From NCBI GenBank assembly GCA_016713105.1, contig JADJPS010000020.1:62278-126277 (forward strand): DNA of 64,000 bases, written 5' to 3'. This document shows, one piece after another, positions 29,910 through 40,452 of the stretch (its first letter is position 1; each line of letters opens with the position of its first letter). The translations under genes were made by a program, and so were the position numbers. The notes under the pieces were generated by a model that was not told the DNA's origin, did no database searches, and saw nothing but the letters and a program-made list of their open reading frames with translations. This DNA is from Devosia sp. Lineage in GTDB: Bacteria; Pseudomonadota; Alphaproteobacteria; Rhizobiales; Devosiaceae.

Positions 29910-29949
29910 TTACGGGTTTGAAATGGGGGAACCGGTGAGGCGAAAAGCC

Positions 29950-30240
29950 TTACGCAGTGATCACGCCCATGATGTCGGACTCTTTCATGATCAGGAGATC
30001 CTGACCGTTGAGCTTGACTTCGGTGCCGCTCCACTTGCCGAACAGGATGCGGTCGCCTTCCTTGACGTCGAGCGCGACAACCTTGCCGCTCTCATCACGG
30101 GCGCCGGGGCCCACCGAGACGATCACGCCCTCGGAGGGCTTTTCCTTGGCAGTGTCGGGGATGATGATGCCGCCAGCGGACTTCTCTTCGCTGTCGACGC
30201 GCCGGACGACCACGCGGTCGTGCAGGGGACGGAAAGCCAT
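29950..30240 (-). CDS. groES: Co-chaperonin GroES
   Basis: [12 protein letters not shown]...[13 protein letters not shown]...LIMKESDI. Confidence 0.99.
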   Translation of the reverse strand: MAFRPLHDRVVVRRVDSEEKSAGGIIIPDTAKEKPSEGVIVSVGPGARDESGKVVALDVKEGDRILFGKWSGTEVKLNGQDLLIMKESDIMGVITA

Positions 30241-30274
30241 TTTTACTCCTATCAGCCTTTTGATTTCGCGCCTG

Positions 30275-30301
30275 TTAGCACTCACTGTCGAGGAGTGCCA
30301 A
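30275..30301. promoter_or_regulatory. CIRCE element (HrcA operator)
   Basis: TTAGCACTC-ACTGTCGAG-GAGTGCCAA versus consensus TTAGCACTC-N9-GAGTGCTAA. Confidence 0.92.
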
Positions 30302-30314
30302 CCGGCTGATCGGC

Positions 30315-30344
30315 GATATAGGAAGCCGCCCCGCGGGTGTCAAG
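30315..30344 (-). promoter_or_regulatory. RpoH (sigma32)-type promoter of groESL
   Basis: Minus strand CTTGAC-N16-CCTATATC, matching the alphaproteobacterial heat-shock consensus. Confidence 0.75.
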
Positions 30345-30494
30345 CCGCCCCACGCGCCCGGGTGCGCCGCTCGGGTCGCCCCGGGCGCTCCCGGCACCGC
30401 CGACGCCGGCAGAAACGTGGACCGGCAGCATTGGCAAGTTGCATTGCCCTGACGCCCGGCGTACCAGACGGCGAGACGAGAAAGGGAAGCAGTC

Positions 30495-31642
30495 GTGTCG
30501 GTCGTCCAGTTCGAGAACTATCGGCAGAACCCCTCGCCCTGGGTTGCCCCGCAACTGGCCGTGATCGTGCCCAGCTACAACGAGCGCGACAATGTCGCGC
30601 TGCTGTACGAGAAGGTGGGCGCCGCACTGAGCGGGGTGCCGTTCGAATTCATCGTGGTCGACGACAATTCCCCGGATGGCACGTCCGAGGTAGTGCGCGG
30701 CATGGCGCAGCACCATCCCAACGTGCGCGGCATCCGGCGCATCGGCCGCCGGGGACTGAGTTCGGCCGTGATCGAAGGCATCATGGCGAGTTCCGCCCCC
30801 TATTTTGCCGTGATCGATGCCGACCTGCAGCATGACGAGGCGATCCTGCCGCAGATGCTGGCCAAGGCCATGGCCGGCGACGACATTGTCGTGGGCACGC
30901 GCTATTCGGGAGACGGCAGCGCGGGGCAGGGGCTGTCCCGGGCCCGCGAGGCCGGCAGCCGCTTTGCCACGAGGCTCTCGAGCCTGCTCACCGGCCAGTC
31001 GCTCAGCGATCCGATGAGCGGCTTCTTCCTGATGCGCCGCGAGATCTTCGATCAGGTGGTGCAGACCCTCAGCGAGGACGGCTTCAAGATCCTGCTCGAC
31101 ATCATCGTGTCGGCCGGGCGCTTCCACGCGCTCAATGGCAAGGCGCTGAAGATCGGCGAGGTGCCCTACACCTTCCGGCCGCGCCATGCGGGCGAGAGCA
31201 AGATGAGCCCGATCATCGTCGTGCAGTTTCTCGGGCTGCTGGTCTCCAAGCTGACCCGCGGCCTGTTGCCGACCAGCTTCCTGCTGTTCGGCCTCGTCGG
31301 GGGGCTCGGCGTGATCGTCCACATGGGGACGCTCTGGATCACCCACGAGCGGCTGGGCTTCAACTTCTTCTGGGCCCAGACGGCGGCGGTGATCGTCGCC
31401 ATGACCTTCAACTTCATGCTCAACAACGAGCTGACCTACGCCAGCAAGAAGCTGAGGGCTGGCGCTACCTCACCGGCCTGCTGACCTTTTATGCGGTCTG
31501 CTCGATCGGTGCCCTGGCCAATGTCTCGGTGGCGAGCTGGATCTATGCCTTCGACGGCTCGTTCTATCTCGCCGGCCTGCTGGGCGTCCTGATGAGCGTC
31601 GTCTTCAACTACTCGGTAACAAGGGTCTTCACATGGCGGTAG
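30495..31642 (+). CDS. GT2 polyprenol-phosphate glycosyltransferase fused to a GtrA domain, 1-nt frameshift near 31458
   Basis: VIVPSYNERDN, VDDNSPDGT, VIDADLQHD, SDPMSGFF, GESKM; adding a G in AGGG restores LRGWRYLTGLL...VFNYSVTRVFTWR. Confidence 0.88.
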
Positions 31643-31812
31643 AACTCGAGATCAAGCTGCGCCGCACCGGCGGTGTCGGCACCAACGCCAAGTGGGACTG
31701 GTCGCTGGTCGACGCCGCCGGCACCGTGGTCAAGAAGGGCACGGCCTGGGGCGAGGAGGCGAAGGCCTTCGCCACCGCCAGGAAGGCGCGCGATCACCTG
31801 AAGAAGGGCTAG
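31633..31812 (+). CDS. 59-aa small protein (below the ORF-track cutoff)
   Basis: MAVELEIKLRRTGGVGTNAKWDWSLVDAAGTVVKKGTAWGEEAKAFATARKARDHLKKG; very high GC3; ATG overlaps the end of the GT gene. Confidence 0.75.
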   Translation: MAVELEIKLRRTGGVGTNAKWDWSLVDAAGTVVKKGTAWGEEAKAFATARKARDHLKKG

Positions 31813-32106
31813 AATAGGTCCTCGGACCCGTCCTCTGGCCACTTCCTTGCGCCGTGGATGACACGCAGAATGATCAGGCGCTCCTGGTCAACGGCGTAGA
31901 TCAGGATGAACGGCGTGCCGGGGACCAGCAGTTCGCGGGTTCCCTCCAAGCGACCGGGGCGACCGCTCTGGGGAAAGCGCCAATTGCATCTCGGCGGCCC
32001 CGAACTTCTCGTCGTTGGTGACGGCGGCAGTGAAGTTATCGGCGGCAATGTGGCTGAAGATGTCGTCGCGATCGCGACCGGCGTACCGCGACCAGCCGAT
32101 CCTCAC
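31809..32106 (-). CDS. RelE/ParE-family toxin, frameshift near 31975
   Basis: MRIGWSRYAGRDRDDIFSHIAADN joined to FPQSGRPGRLEGTRELLVPGTPFILIY...LRVIHGARKWP. Confidence 0.82.
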
Positions 32107-32413
32107 GCTTTGCCATCCCAAGGCGCCTCGGGCTTGAGCCCGGCACGCCGCTTGGCGAAGTAGGCTTCAACTTCCTCTCCTGAAATGTCGGGCCGCGGAT
32201 CATCCAGCGCTTCCTGCACCTTCGCCCGGAACCAGGCATCGTAAGCCTCGTCGGGGTCAGCAGTTCCATCGGCAGGGCCCCCTCATTGGCGGTGCGGGTG
32301 AGGAGGATGCGGACCGCGTCCGATACCGTCAGGCCGGATTTCGCCAGGACTTTGCTGGCCCTATCGCGGATTTCGGGATCGATGCGGGTCTGTACGAGCG
32401 CGTTGCCGGCCAT
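32103..32413 (-). CDS. RelB/DinJ-family antitoxin, 1-nt frameshift near 32255
   Basis: LVQTRIDPEIRDRASKVLAKSGLTVSDAVRILLTRTANEGALP; adding a C gives DEAYDAWFRAKVQEALDD; stop overlaps the toxin GTG. Confidence 0.85.
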
Positions 32414-32436
32414 TTCGGGACTCCTGAGGGCATCTT

Positions 32437-32464
32437 CCGAAGTAATGCATCTGCATTACTTCGG
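32437..32464. promoter_or_regulatory. Perfect 13-bp inverted repeat, likely TA operator (may also terminate the upstream gene)
   Basis: CCGAAGTAATGCA-TC-TGCATTACTTCGG just upstream of the antitoxin RBS. Confidence 0.7.
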
Positions 32465-32470
32465 GAAGCC

Positions 32471-33891
32471 TCAGGCGGCGCCGCGCTTGCCGTCCATTTC
32501 GGCCCAGGCCTGGCGCTTGCGGTAGATGGTCGAGGGGCTGAGCTCCAGCGCCGCTGCGGCGAGCGCGATGTTCCCGGAAAAGCTCTGGATCGCGTCTTCG
32601 ATGATGCGCTGTTCCTGCTGCCACATCGGCAGGATCGCCGAGCGGCGGGCGGGCCCGACAATGGGGCCCCGAGAGCGGGTGCGATCCGGTCGAGATCGGC
32701 CTGCTGCACCATCTGCGCGGTGATTTCTCCACCGTCGAACAGCACCACGATGCGGCGGACCAGATCCTCAAGCTGGCGGACGTTCCCGGGCCAGTCGCGG
32801 GTCGACAGCAGGCCGAGCGCATCGGCGGAGAAGCCGTCGAACGCCTTGTGCTCCTCACGCTGGTAATGCGCGAGAAAATGCCGGACCAGCACCGCGATGT
32901 CGGCAGGACGCTGGCGCAGCGGCGGCAGGTGGATCGGCAGCACGTGCAGCCGGTAGAACAGCTCCTCGCGCAGCTTGCGTTCCGCAATCAGCTGCATCGG
33001 GTTGCAGGCGGTGGCGCAGATCACCCGCACGTCGACCCGGCGCGGCGCCGTCTCGCCCAGCCGGACGATGCTGCCCGACTGCAGGAAGCGCAACAGCCTG
33101 AGCTGGACGCTGAGGTCGAGCTCGCCCAGCTCGTCGATGTAGAGCGTGCCGCCATCGGCCAGTTCGGCAGCGCCCTTCAGATCCTCCGGGGCGCCGCTCA
33201 GCGCGCCGCGCGCGATGCCGAACAGTTCGCCCTCCATGCGGTCGCGCTGGACCGACCGGCAGGCGAGTGTCACGAAGCGCCGCGCGGCCCGCGTCCCGCG
33301 CTGGTGCAGGGCCCGGGCGCACAGGTCCTTGCCGGTTCCGGTCTCGCCGGTGATGAACACCGGCGCCTCCGAGGCGGCACTGCGCTCGATCTGCTCGCAC
33401 ACCACCTGCATCTGGCTCGATGCACCCACCAGCCCGGTCACCGCCGGACCCCGCCGGCTGCCGGCCTCGAGCCCCATGGCGCGCGGCTTGCCATGGCGTT
33501 CGGCCAGTTCTCGGACATGCGCGACGAAGGCGTGCCCCGAGAGCGGGCGCGCCAGGCAGTCGTGCGCCCCGCCGCGCATCGCCGCCATGGCGGACGAGAC
33601 CGAGGCGCCGTCCGACAGTGCGACGATCAGGGCGCCGGCCGCGAGGCGCGCCAGCCGCGCCACCGCATCGGCGATGTCGCCCGACAGGTCATCCAGGCTC
33701 GGCAGGTGCACCACCAGGACGTCGAAGTGCCCGGCGCGCAGGCGTTCCGCGGCCTCGCGTCCGCAGCGGGCCGGCATGATCGAGGGCGGCGCGAGCAGTG
33801 CCCCCTCGATGCTCAGGCCGAGCGCATGCGCCGCCGTCGTGTCGCGATCGACGAGCAGGATGCGCGCGGCCTCGGCGCCGGGCTGTGACAT
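32471..33891 (-). CDS. LuxO-like bacterial enhancer-binding protein with pseudo-receiver, frameshift near 32660
   Basis: GETGTGKD, LYIDE, ELFYRL, WPGNVRQL; C-terminal ILPMWQQEQRIIEDA...LSPSTIYRKRQAW; GALSGA in place of GAFTGA. Confidence 0.85.
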
Positions 33892-34087
33892 GAGCAGGGT
33901 CCTTGCAGGCAAACGTGGTCAAGCCAGTGTTGACGATCAGGGTAAACAAACGGTTCTGATCGCCATGTGTTGACGAGCCCGGCGAGCGAAGCTGTGCGCA
34001 GCCGGACCTGCGCCTTTCGGCTTACCCGCCCCGATGCTATGACAGGCGGCATCGAATCCCGTTTCCGGGCAGGGGCGCCGTGCGCAC

Positions 34088-35314
34088 GTGCAAGGGCTTG
34101 TGTACATCTTCATCGCTCTTGCCGCGCTCGGCGTGGCGGGCGCAGCCTATTTCGGGCTGACCTTCTCGCCCATCGAAGCGGCGGTGACGGCGCTCGCCTT
34201 CGGCTCGGTGGCCGTCATGCTGGTGGAGCGCAAGCTCAGGCAGCGCTCGGAGGCCCGGCTCGAAAAGGCGGTGGAGGACCTGGCCCGGCTGCTCTCCACC
34301 GACGCCAAGGCCGGCCAGGTGCTCAGCCAGCGCGTCAACGCCATCGCCGACACCAATGTCGGCAGCCGGCTGGAGGCGATCGAAGCCGACATCTCGGTGC
34401 TCGGGACGGTGACGCGCCAGCTGGCCGAGGCCCTCGCCGAGTTCGAGCAGGCGCAGCGCCAGAGCCGGATGCCCGACGCCGAACCGGCGACCGACCCGCT
34501 GCCGCCCGAGGAGGACGATACCCTGGTCGAACCGCTGGTGCCGCTCGTCGAGCTGCGCGCCGGTCTGGATGCCAACCGGCTCGTTTTCCACATCGAACCC
34601 ATCGTGCTGCTGCCGCAGCACCGGCCGCAGGCCTACGACCTGGCGCCGCGGCTGATGCGCGACGAGGGCGGGCTTGCCTCCGCCCCCGATTTCCTGCCGC
34701 GGCGCGGCGGCGAGGACCTGGTCCGGCGGATCGAGTCCCTGGCGCTCGACGAGGCCGTGGTGGTGGCCCGGCGCGCCCGCACCGCCGGCCAGCCGATCCG
34801 GCTGTTCCTGCCGCTGAGCCGTGCCACCCTGCTGGATCGGCACGCGACCGACCAGCTGCTCGCCGTCCTCAACGCCAATCAGGCCATCGCGACGTCGCTC
34901 GGCTTCGTCCTCGGGCAGGCCGAATGGCAGGCCCTCGGCGCCGGCGAGAGGCGCCAGCTGTTCGAGTTCCACAAGCTCGGCGCCTCCTTCTCGCTCGCCG
35001 AGGCGGCCTCGCTCAGGCTCGACTTCGCCGAACTCGAGGGCATGGGCTTTGTCTCGGTGCGCTTCGACGCCGCCCGCTTCCTGCGCCGGCCGGAGAGCTA
35101 TTCGGACCTGCACACCGCCGACATCGCGCCCTACGTCAAGCGCTTCGACCTCGAACTGTGCGCCACCGGCGTTCTCGACGAACAGCAGCTGTTGAGCCTG
35201 TTCGAGGATGGCATTGTGCTGGTACAGGGTCCGCATGTCGGCCGGCCCGGCCCCATTCGCGCCGATCTCGTCGTCGAGCGGCGAGCGGAACCGGCCCGGC
35301 GGGTCGAAGCCTGA
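34088..35314 (+). CDS. Membrane-anchored degenerate EAL-domain protein (TipF-like)
   Basis: Two N-terminal TMs, coiled coil, FHIEPIVLLPQHRPQAYDLAPRL (no EAL Glu), VLVQG. Confidence 0.75.
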   Translation: MQGLVYIFIALAALGVAGAAYFGLTFSPIEAAVTALAFGSVAVMLVERKLRQRSEARLEKAVEDLARLLSTDAKAGQVLSQRVNAIADTNVGSRLEAIEADISVLGTVTRQLAEALAEFEQAQRQSRMPDAEPATDPLPPEEDDTLVEPLVPLVELRAGLDANRLVFHIEPIVLLPQHRPQAYDLAPRLMRDEGGLASAPDFLPRRGGEDLVRRIESLALDEAVVVARRARTAGQPIRLFLPLSRATLLDRHATDQLLAVLNANQAIATSLGFVLGQAEWQALGAGERRQLFEFHKLGASFSLAEAASLRLDFAELEGMGFVSVRFDAARFLRRPESYSDLHTADIAPYVKRFDLELCATGVLDEQQLLSLFEDGIVLVQGPHVGRPGPIRADLVVERRAEPARRVEA

Positions 35315-35334
35315 GTCCAGCAAAGAGGTTACCG

Positions 35335-36189
35335 ATGCAGCCGCTCCCCGGCCTGAGCGCCTTGTCCGGCCGCTACGATGCGGTGCTGAGCGACGTCTGG
35401 GGCGTCGTCCACAACGGTGTCGCCGCCCATGCCACCGCAGTCGAGGCGCTGGTGAGCTTCCGTGCCGCCGGGGGGCAGGTGGTGCTGATCACCAACGCGC
35501 CGCGCCCCGCCCCGCCGCTCGTCGCCATGCTCGACCGGCTTGGCGTGCCGCGTTCCGCCTTCGATGCGATCGTCTCGTCCGGCGACGTGACGCGCTCGAT
35601 GCTCGAGCCCTACCGCGGCAAGGTGGTGCACTATGTCGGCCCACCCGGCGTGAACGACAGCCTGTTCGACGGGCTCGACATCACGCTGGGCCGGGCCGAG
35701 GAGGCACGCGCCGTGGTGGTCACCGACCTCGACCACGACGACGATACGCCCGAACTCTACAACGAGCGGATCGGCCTGTGGCTCAGCCGCAACCTGCCGC
35801 TGATCGCCGCCAATCCCGATCGCATCGTCGAGCACGGCGACCGGCTGATCTATTGCGGCGGCGCCATCGCCGACCTGTACGAGGCGCGCGGCGGCATGGT
35901 GCGCATGGCCGGCAAGCCCTACCGGCCGATCTACCAGGAGGCGCTGCGCCTCGCCGAGGCCGCCGCCGGCCGGCCGCTCGAGCGCAGCCGCATCCTCGCC
36001 ATCGGCGATTCGGTCAGGACCGACGCGATCGGGGCGGCGGGGGCCGGGCTCGACCTGCTCTTCGTCACCGGCTCGATCCATGCCGCCGAACTCGACGCCT
36101 TCGGCCGGCCCGATCCCGAGGCGATCACCGGGCTGGTGGCGCCGAGCGGGGCGACGCTCGCCGGGTTCATGCCGCGGCTGGGCTGGTAG
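35335..36189 (+). CDS. HAD-superfamily class IIA hydrolase (TIGR01459-like)
   Basis: LSDVWGVVHNG, ITNAPRP, ANPD, MAGKPY, AIGDSVRTD. Confidence 0.92.
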   Translation: MQPLPGLSALSGRYDAVLSDVWGVVHNGVAAHATAVEALVSFRAAGGQVVLITNAPRPAPPLVAMLDRLGVPRSAFDAIVSSGDVTRSMLEPYRGKVVHYVGPPGVNDSLFDGLDITLGRAEEARAVVVTDLDHDDDTPELYNERIGLWLSRNLPLIAANPDRIVEHGDRLIYCGGAIADLYEARGGMVRMAGKPYRPIYQEALRLAEAAAGRPLERSRILAIGDSVRTDAIGAAGAGLDLLFVTGSIHAAELDAFGRPDPEAITGLVAPSGATLAGFMPRLGW

Positions 36190-36281
36190 CGCGGGGGGCT
36201 GCACGAAGGGGGCCGCATGGCAGCCCAGACTTTGGCCGCCTTGCAACCCAACCGGTTTCTTGCCATATCGCCCTCACTCTC

Positions 36282-37271
36282 ATGACGGGTACGATATTGT
36301 CCGGCTTCATCAGGCTAAGCGGGCTCGACCACGTCCCAGACGCCCTCAAGGGCGCCATGGTCGCGATCGGCAATTTCGACGGCTGCCACCGCGGCCATCA
36401 GCACGTGTTCCGGGCGCTCAAGGCGCGGGCGGCGGCGCTCGGCGTGCCGGCGCTGGTCCTGACCTTCGAGCCGCACCCGCGCGACGTCTTCGCCCCCGAG
36501 CCGTTCATGTTCCGGCTGACCCATGCCGACCTCAAGGCACGGATCGCCGAGGCACTCGGTCTCGACGGCATCGTGGTGATGCCGTTCTCGCGCGGCTTCT
36601 CGCAGATCGAAGCCGAGGATTTCGTCACCCGCTTCCTCGTCGGCGCGCTCGCCGTGCGCGGCGTCGAGGTCGGCGGCGACTTCCATTTCGGCTACCAGCG
36701 CAAGGGCACGCCGGATTTCCTCAGGGAGGCCGGGCGCCGCCACGGCTTCGAAGTCGGCATTCTCGACATGCTCGACGAGGGCGACGAGCACATCTCGTCC
36801 TCGCGCATCCGCGCGCTGCTCGCCGAGGGCAACGTGGCGGGCGCCGCGCAACTGCTCGGCTATCACTGGTTCGTCTCGGGCGAGGTGGTCCACGGCGACC
36901 AGCGTGGCCGCGAATTGGGCTTTCCGACCGCCAATATCGCCGCGCCCACCGGCTTCGGCCTCCAGCAGGGCATCTACGCGGTGCGGGCGCGGCTCGGCGG
37001 CCGCCTGCTCGACGGCGTGGCGAGCCATGGCAAGCCGATGTTCAACAACGAGCGCCCGCCCTTCGAGACCTGGATCTTCGATTTCGACGAGGACATCTAC
37101 GGCGAAACGCTGGAGGTGGCGCTGCTCGGCCATGTGCGCGGCCAGGTGAAGTTCTCGAGCCTCGACGAGCTGATCGCGGCGGTGAACAACGATGCCGGCG
37201 AGGCCCGCCGCCAGTTGCAGGCGGCACTGCCGGTCTCCGAGCTGGACCGGGCGCTGGGGTTCTTCCGCTAG
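36282..37271 (+). CDS. ribF: Bifunctional riboflavin kinase / FAD synthetase
   Basis: [34 protein letters not shown]. Confidence 0.96.
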   Translation: MTGTILSGFIRLSGLDHVPDALKGAMVAIGNFDGCHRGHQHVFRALKARAAALGVPALVLTFEPHPRDVFAPEPFMFRLTHADLKARIAEALGLDGIVVMPFSRGFSQIEAEDFVTRFLVGALAVRGVEVGGDFHFGYQRKGTPDFLREAGRRHGFEVGILDMLDEGDEHISSSRIRALLAEGNVAGAAQLLGYHWFVSGEVVHGDQRGRELGFPTANIAAPTGFGLQQGIYAVRARLGGRLLDGVASHGKPMFNNERPPFETWIFDFDEDIYGETLEVALLGHVRGQVKFSSLDELIAAVNNDAGEARRQLQAALPVSELDRALGFFR

Positions 37272-37356
37272 CGCGCCGCCACGGCCCCCGCCGAATTCTC
37301 CCTTTCACCCGGCCGCCCCGCTTGCTAAAAGCCCGCAGCTTTCAGGGTACCTTGTG

Positions 37357-40310
37357 ATGAACGATACTGCGACCAGCGGCGCCGAGACCGACTATTCCGC
37401 GACGCTTTTCCTGCCCGAGACCCAGTTTCCGATGCGCGCCGGCCTGCCCGAGCGCGAGCCGGCCTGGCTCAAGCGCTGGGAAGACATGGACATCTATGCC
37501 CGCCAGCGGGCCGCCGGGGCGGACAAGCCCAAGTTCACGCTGCATGACGGCCCGCCCTATGCCAATGGCAATATTCATATCGGGCACGCGCTCAACAAGA
37601 TCCTCAAGGACCTGGTTTCCCGCTCCAAGACCATGCTGGGCTACAATTCGGCCTATGTGCCGGGCTGGGACTGCCATGGCCTGCCCATCGAGTGGAAGGT
37701 CGAGGAACAGTACCGAGCCAAGGGCAAGAACAAGGACGATGTCGCCATCAACGAGTTCCGCGGTGAGTGCCGCACGTTCGCGCAGTACTGGGTGGACACC
37801 CAGCGCGAGGAATTCAAGCGGCGGGGCGTCATCGGCGACTGGGCCAACCCCTACCTGACGATGAGCTTCGACGCCGAAGCGCAGATCGCCCGCGAACTGC
37901 ACAAGATCGCGGTATCGGGCCAGCTCTATCGCGGCTCCAAGCCGGTGATGTGGAGCGTGGTGGAGCGCACGGCGCTGGCCGAGGCCGAGATCGAGTACGC
38001 GGACTACGAGAGCGACACGATCTGGGTGAAGTTCCCGATCGCAAACTGCGGTGGCGGGAGCCGCGCTCAGCAGCGCGTGCGTCGTAATCTGGACGACCAC
38101 GCCTTGGACAATCCCGGCAAATCGCGGGATCTCCTTCTCCTCACGTATCGAATATGGCCTCTATGAGGTGACCAACTCACCAGAAGGCAATTGGACAAGG
38201 CGGGGCGAAAGACTTGTCCTGGCCGACAAGCTTGCCGCCGATGTCCTTCGAAAGCCAAGGTCGAGGCTATCGGCGAGCTTTGAGCGGTCGCGAGTTGGCG
38301 CAGTTGATGTGCCACCACCCCCTCCGCGGCCTCGGCGGCGGCTACGACTTCCCCGTCCCGCTCCTCGACGGCGAGCACGTCACCGATGATGCCGGCACCG
38401 GTTTCGTCCACACCGCGCCGGGCCATGGCCTCGACGATTTCGGCATCTGGATGGATTCCGGCCGCCTGCTCGCCGAACGCGGCATCGATACCGCGATCCC
38501 GTTCATGGTCGACGACGCCGGCTTCTACACCGCCGCCGCCCCCGGCTTCGAGGGTGCGCGGGTCATCGACGATACCGGCAAGAAGGGCGATGCCAATAAC
38601 CGCGTCATCGCGGCACTGGCCGAGCGCGGCATGATGGTGGCGCGCGGGCGGGTGAAGCCCCAGTACCCGCATTCCTGGCGCTCCAAAAAGCCCATCATGT
38701 ACCGCAACACGCCGCAATGGTTCGTCTACATGGACCGCCGATTGCGGGGCACCCAAAGGGGGGGGCCCGATACGCTGCGCACCCGCGCGCTCACTGCCAT
38801 CGACGCGACGACCTTCTACCCCGCCGCCGGGCAGAACCGGCTGCGCTCGATGATCGCCGAGCGGCCGGACTGGGTGCTTTCCCGCCAGCGCGCCTGGGGC
38901 GTGCCGATCGCGGTGTTCTACAACGAGAAGACCGACACCATCCTCAAGGACGAGACGGTCAACCACCGCATCGGGCAGGCCTTCGAGGAAGAGGGCGCCG
39001 ACGCCTGGTTCAAGCCGGACGCGAAGGGGCGTTTCCTCGCGGGTGCGATGCATGAGGGCAAGCCCGTCGATCCCGCCGAGTGGCAGAAGATCGATGACAT
39101 CCTCGATGTGTGGTTCGAAAGCGGCACCACGCATAGCTGGGTGCTGCGCAACCCGCAGAAATGGCCGGACCTGCAGTTCCCGGCCGGCATGTATCTCGAG
39201 GGCAGTGACCAGCACCGCGGCTGGTTCCATTCCTCGCTGCTCGAAAGCTGCGCGACCAACGGCTTTGCGCCCTATGCGAGCGTCCTGACGCATGGCTTCA
39301 CCCTCGACGGCGAGGGCAAGAAGATGTCGAAGTCGCTGGGCAACACCGTCGCCCCGCAGGACGTCATCAAGCAGTACGGCGCCGACATCCTCCGCCTCTG
39401 GGTGGCGCAGTCGGACTATTCGGACGATTTGAGGATCGGCAAGGAGATCATCAACTCCACCGTCGACAGCTATCGCAAGCTGCGCAATTCCATCCGCTGG
39501 CTGATCGGCAACCTCGCCCATTCGAGGCCCGACGAGACCGTCGAGCATCGCGACATGCCCGAACTCGAGCGGCTGATCCTCAACCGGCTCAAGGAACTCG
39601 ACGGGCTGGTGCGCGAGGCCTACGAGAGCTACGACTACAAGCGCGTGGTCGCGGCGCTGTCGAACTTCATGAACATCGACCTCAGCGCCTTCTACTTCGA
39701 TATCCGCAAGGATGCGCTCTACTGCGACCCGCTCTCCTCGGTGCGACGGAAGGCGAGCCTCACCGTGCTCGATCATGTGTTCGGGGCGCTCACCGCCTGG
39801 CTCGCGCCGATCCTGGTGTTCACCATGGAAGAGGCCTGGCTCGAGCGGTACCCGGGCGCCGAGTCCTCGGTGCACCTGCGCGAGTTTCCGGTGCTGCCGC
39901 AGGACTGGCTGGACCCCGAACTGGCGGCGAAGTGGGAGCGGGTGCGCGAGGTGCGCAAGGTCGTCACCGGCGCGCTCGAGATCGAGCGCCGCAATAAGGT
40001 GATCGGCGCCTCGATGGAGGCGGCGCCGCGCGTCTACGTCGGCGCGGCCGAACTGCTGGCGGCGCTTGAGGGGGTGGATTTCGCCGAGGTCTGCATCACC
40101 TCCGACATCGACCTGGTCGAGGGCGGCGCCCCGGCCGATGCGGCTGCCTTCACGCTGCCCGAGGTGCCAGGCGTGGCGGTGGTGTTCAAGAAGGCCGATG
40201 GCCGGCAATGCGCCCGCTCGCGCCGCTTCTTTGCCGAAAGCGAGATGGAGGGCGAGGTGTCGAAGCGCGACGCGCAGGCGCTGCGGGAACGCAAGGCGGC
40301 GGGGCGATAG
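37357..40310 (+). CDS. ileS: Isoleucine--tRNA ligase, with frameshifts between about 38050 and 38290
   Basis: [71 protein letters not shown]. Confidence 0.96.
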
Positions 40311-40326
40311 GGCCGGTGCAGGTGGC

Positions 40327-40440
40327 CACCCCCCTCCCATCCTCCCCCACAAGGGGGGAGGTGTCTGCCGGTGAGCTTTGCGCGATCGGGTCCCAGCCTC
40401 CCTTCACCTCCCCCCTTGTGGGGGAGGCCGGGAGGGGGGA
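40327..40440. repeat. Rhizobial RIME-like inverted repeat pair
   Basis: CCCCCTCCC..CCTCCCCCACAAGGGGGGAGG and its reverse complement about 45 nt downstream. Confidence 0.8.
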
Positions 40441-40452
40441 CGCGGAGCCACG

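Noticed and set aside
37357-40310. Programmed frameshifting or pseudogenisation of ileS and other split genes
   Set aside because: No slippery heptamer with a stimulatory structure was noted; ileS is essential; the same indel pattern affects unrelated genes, so assembly error is more likely
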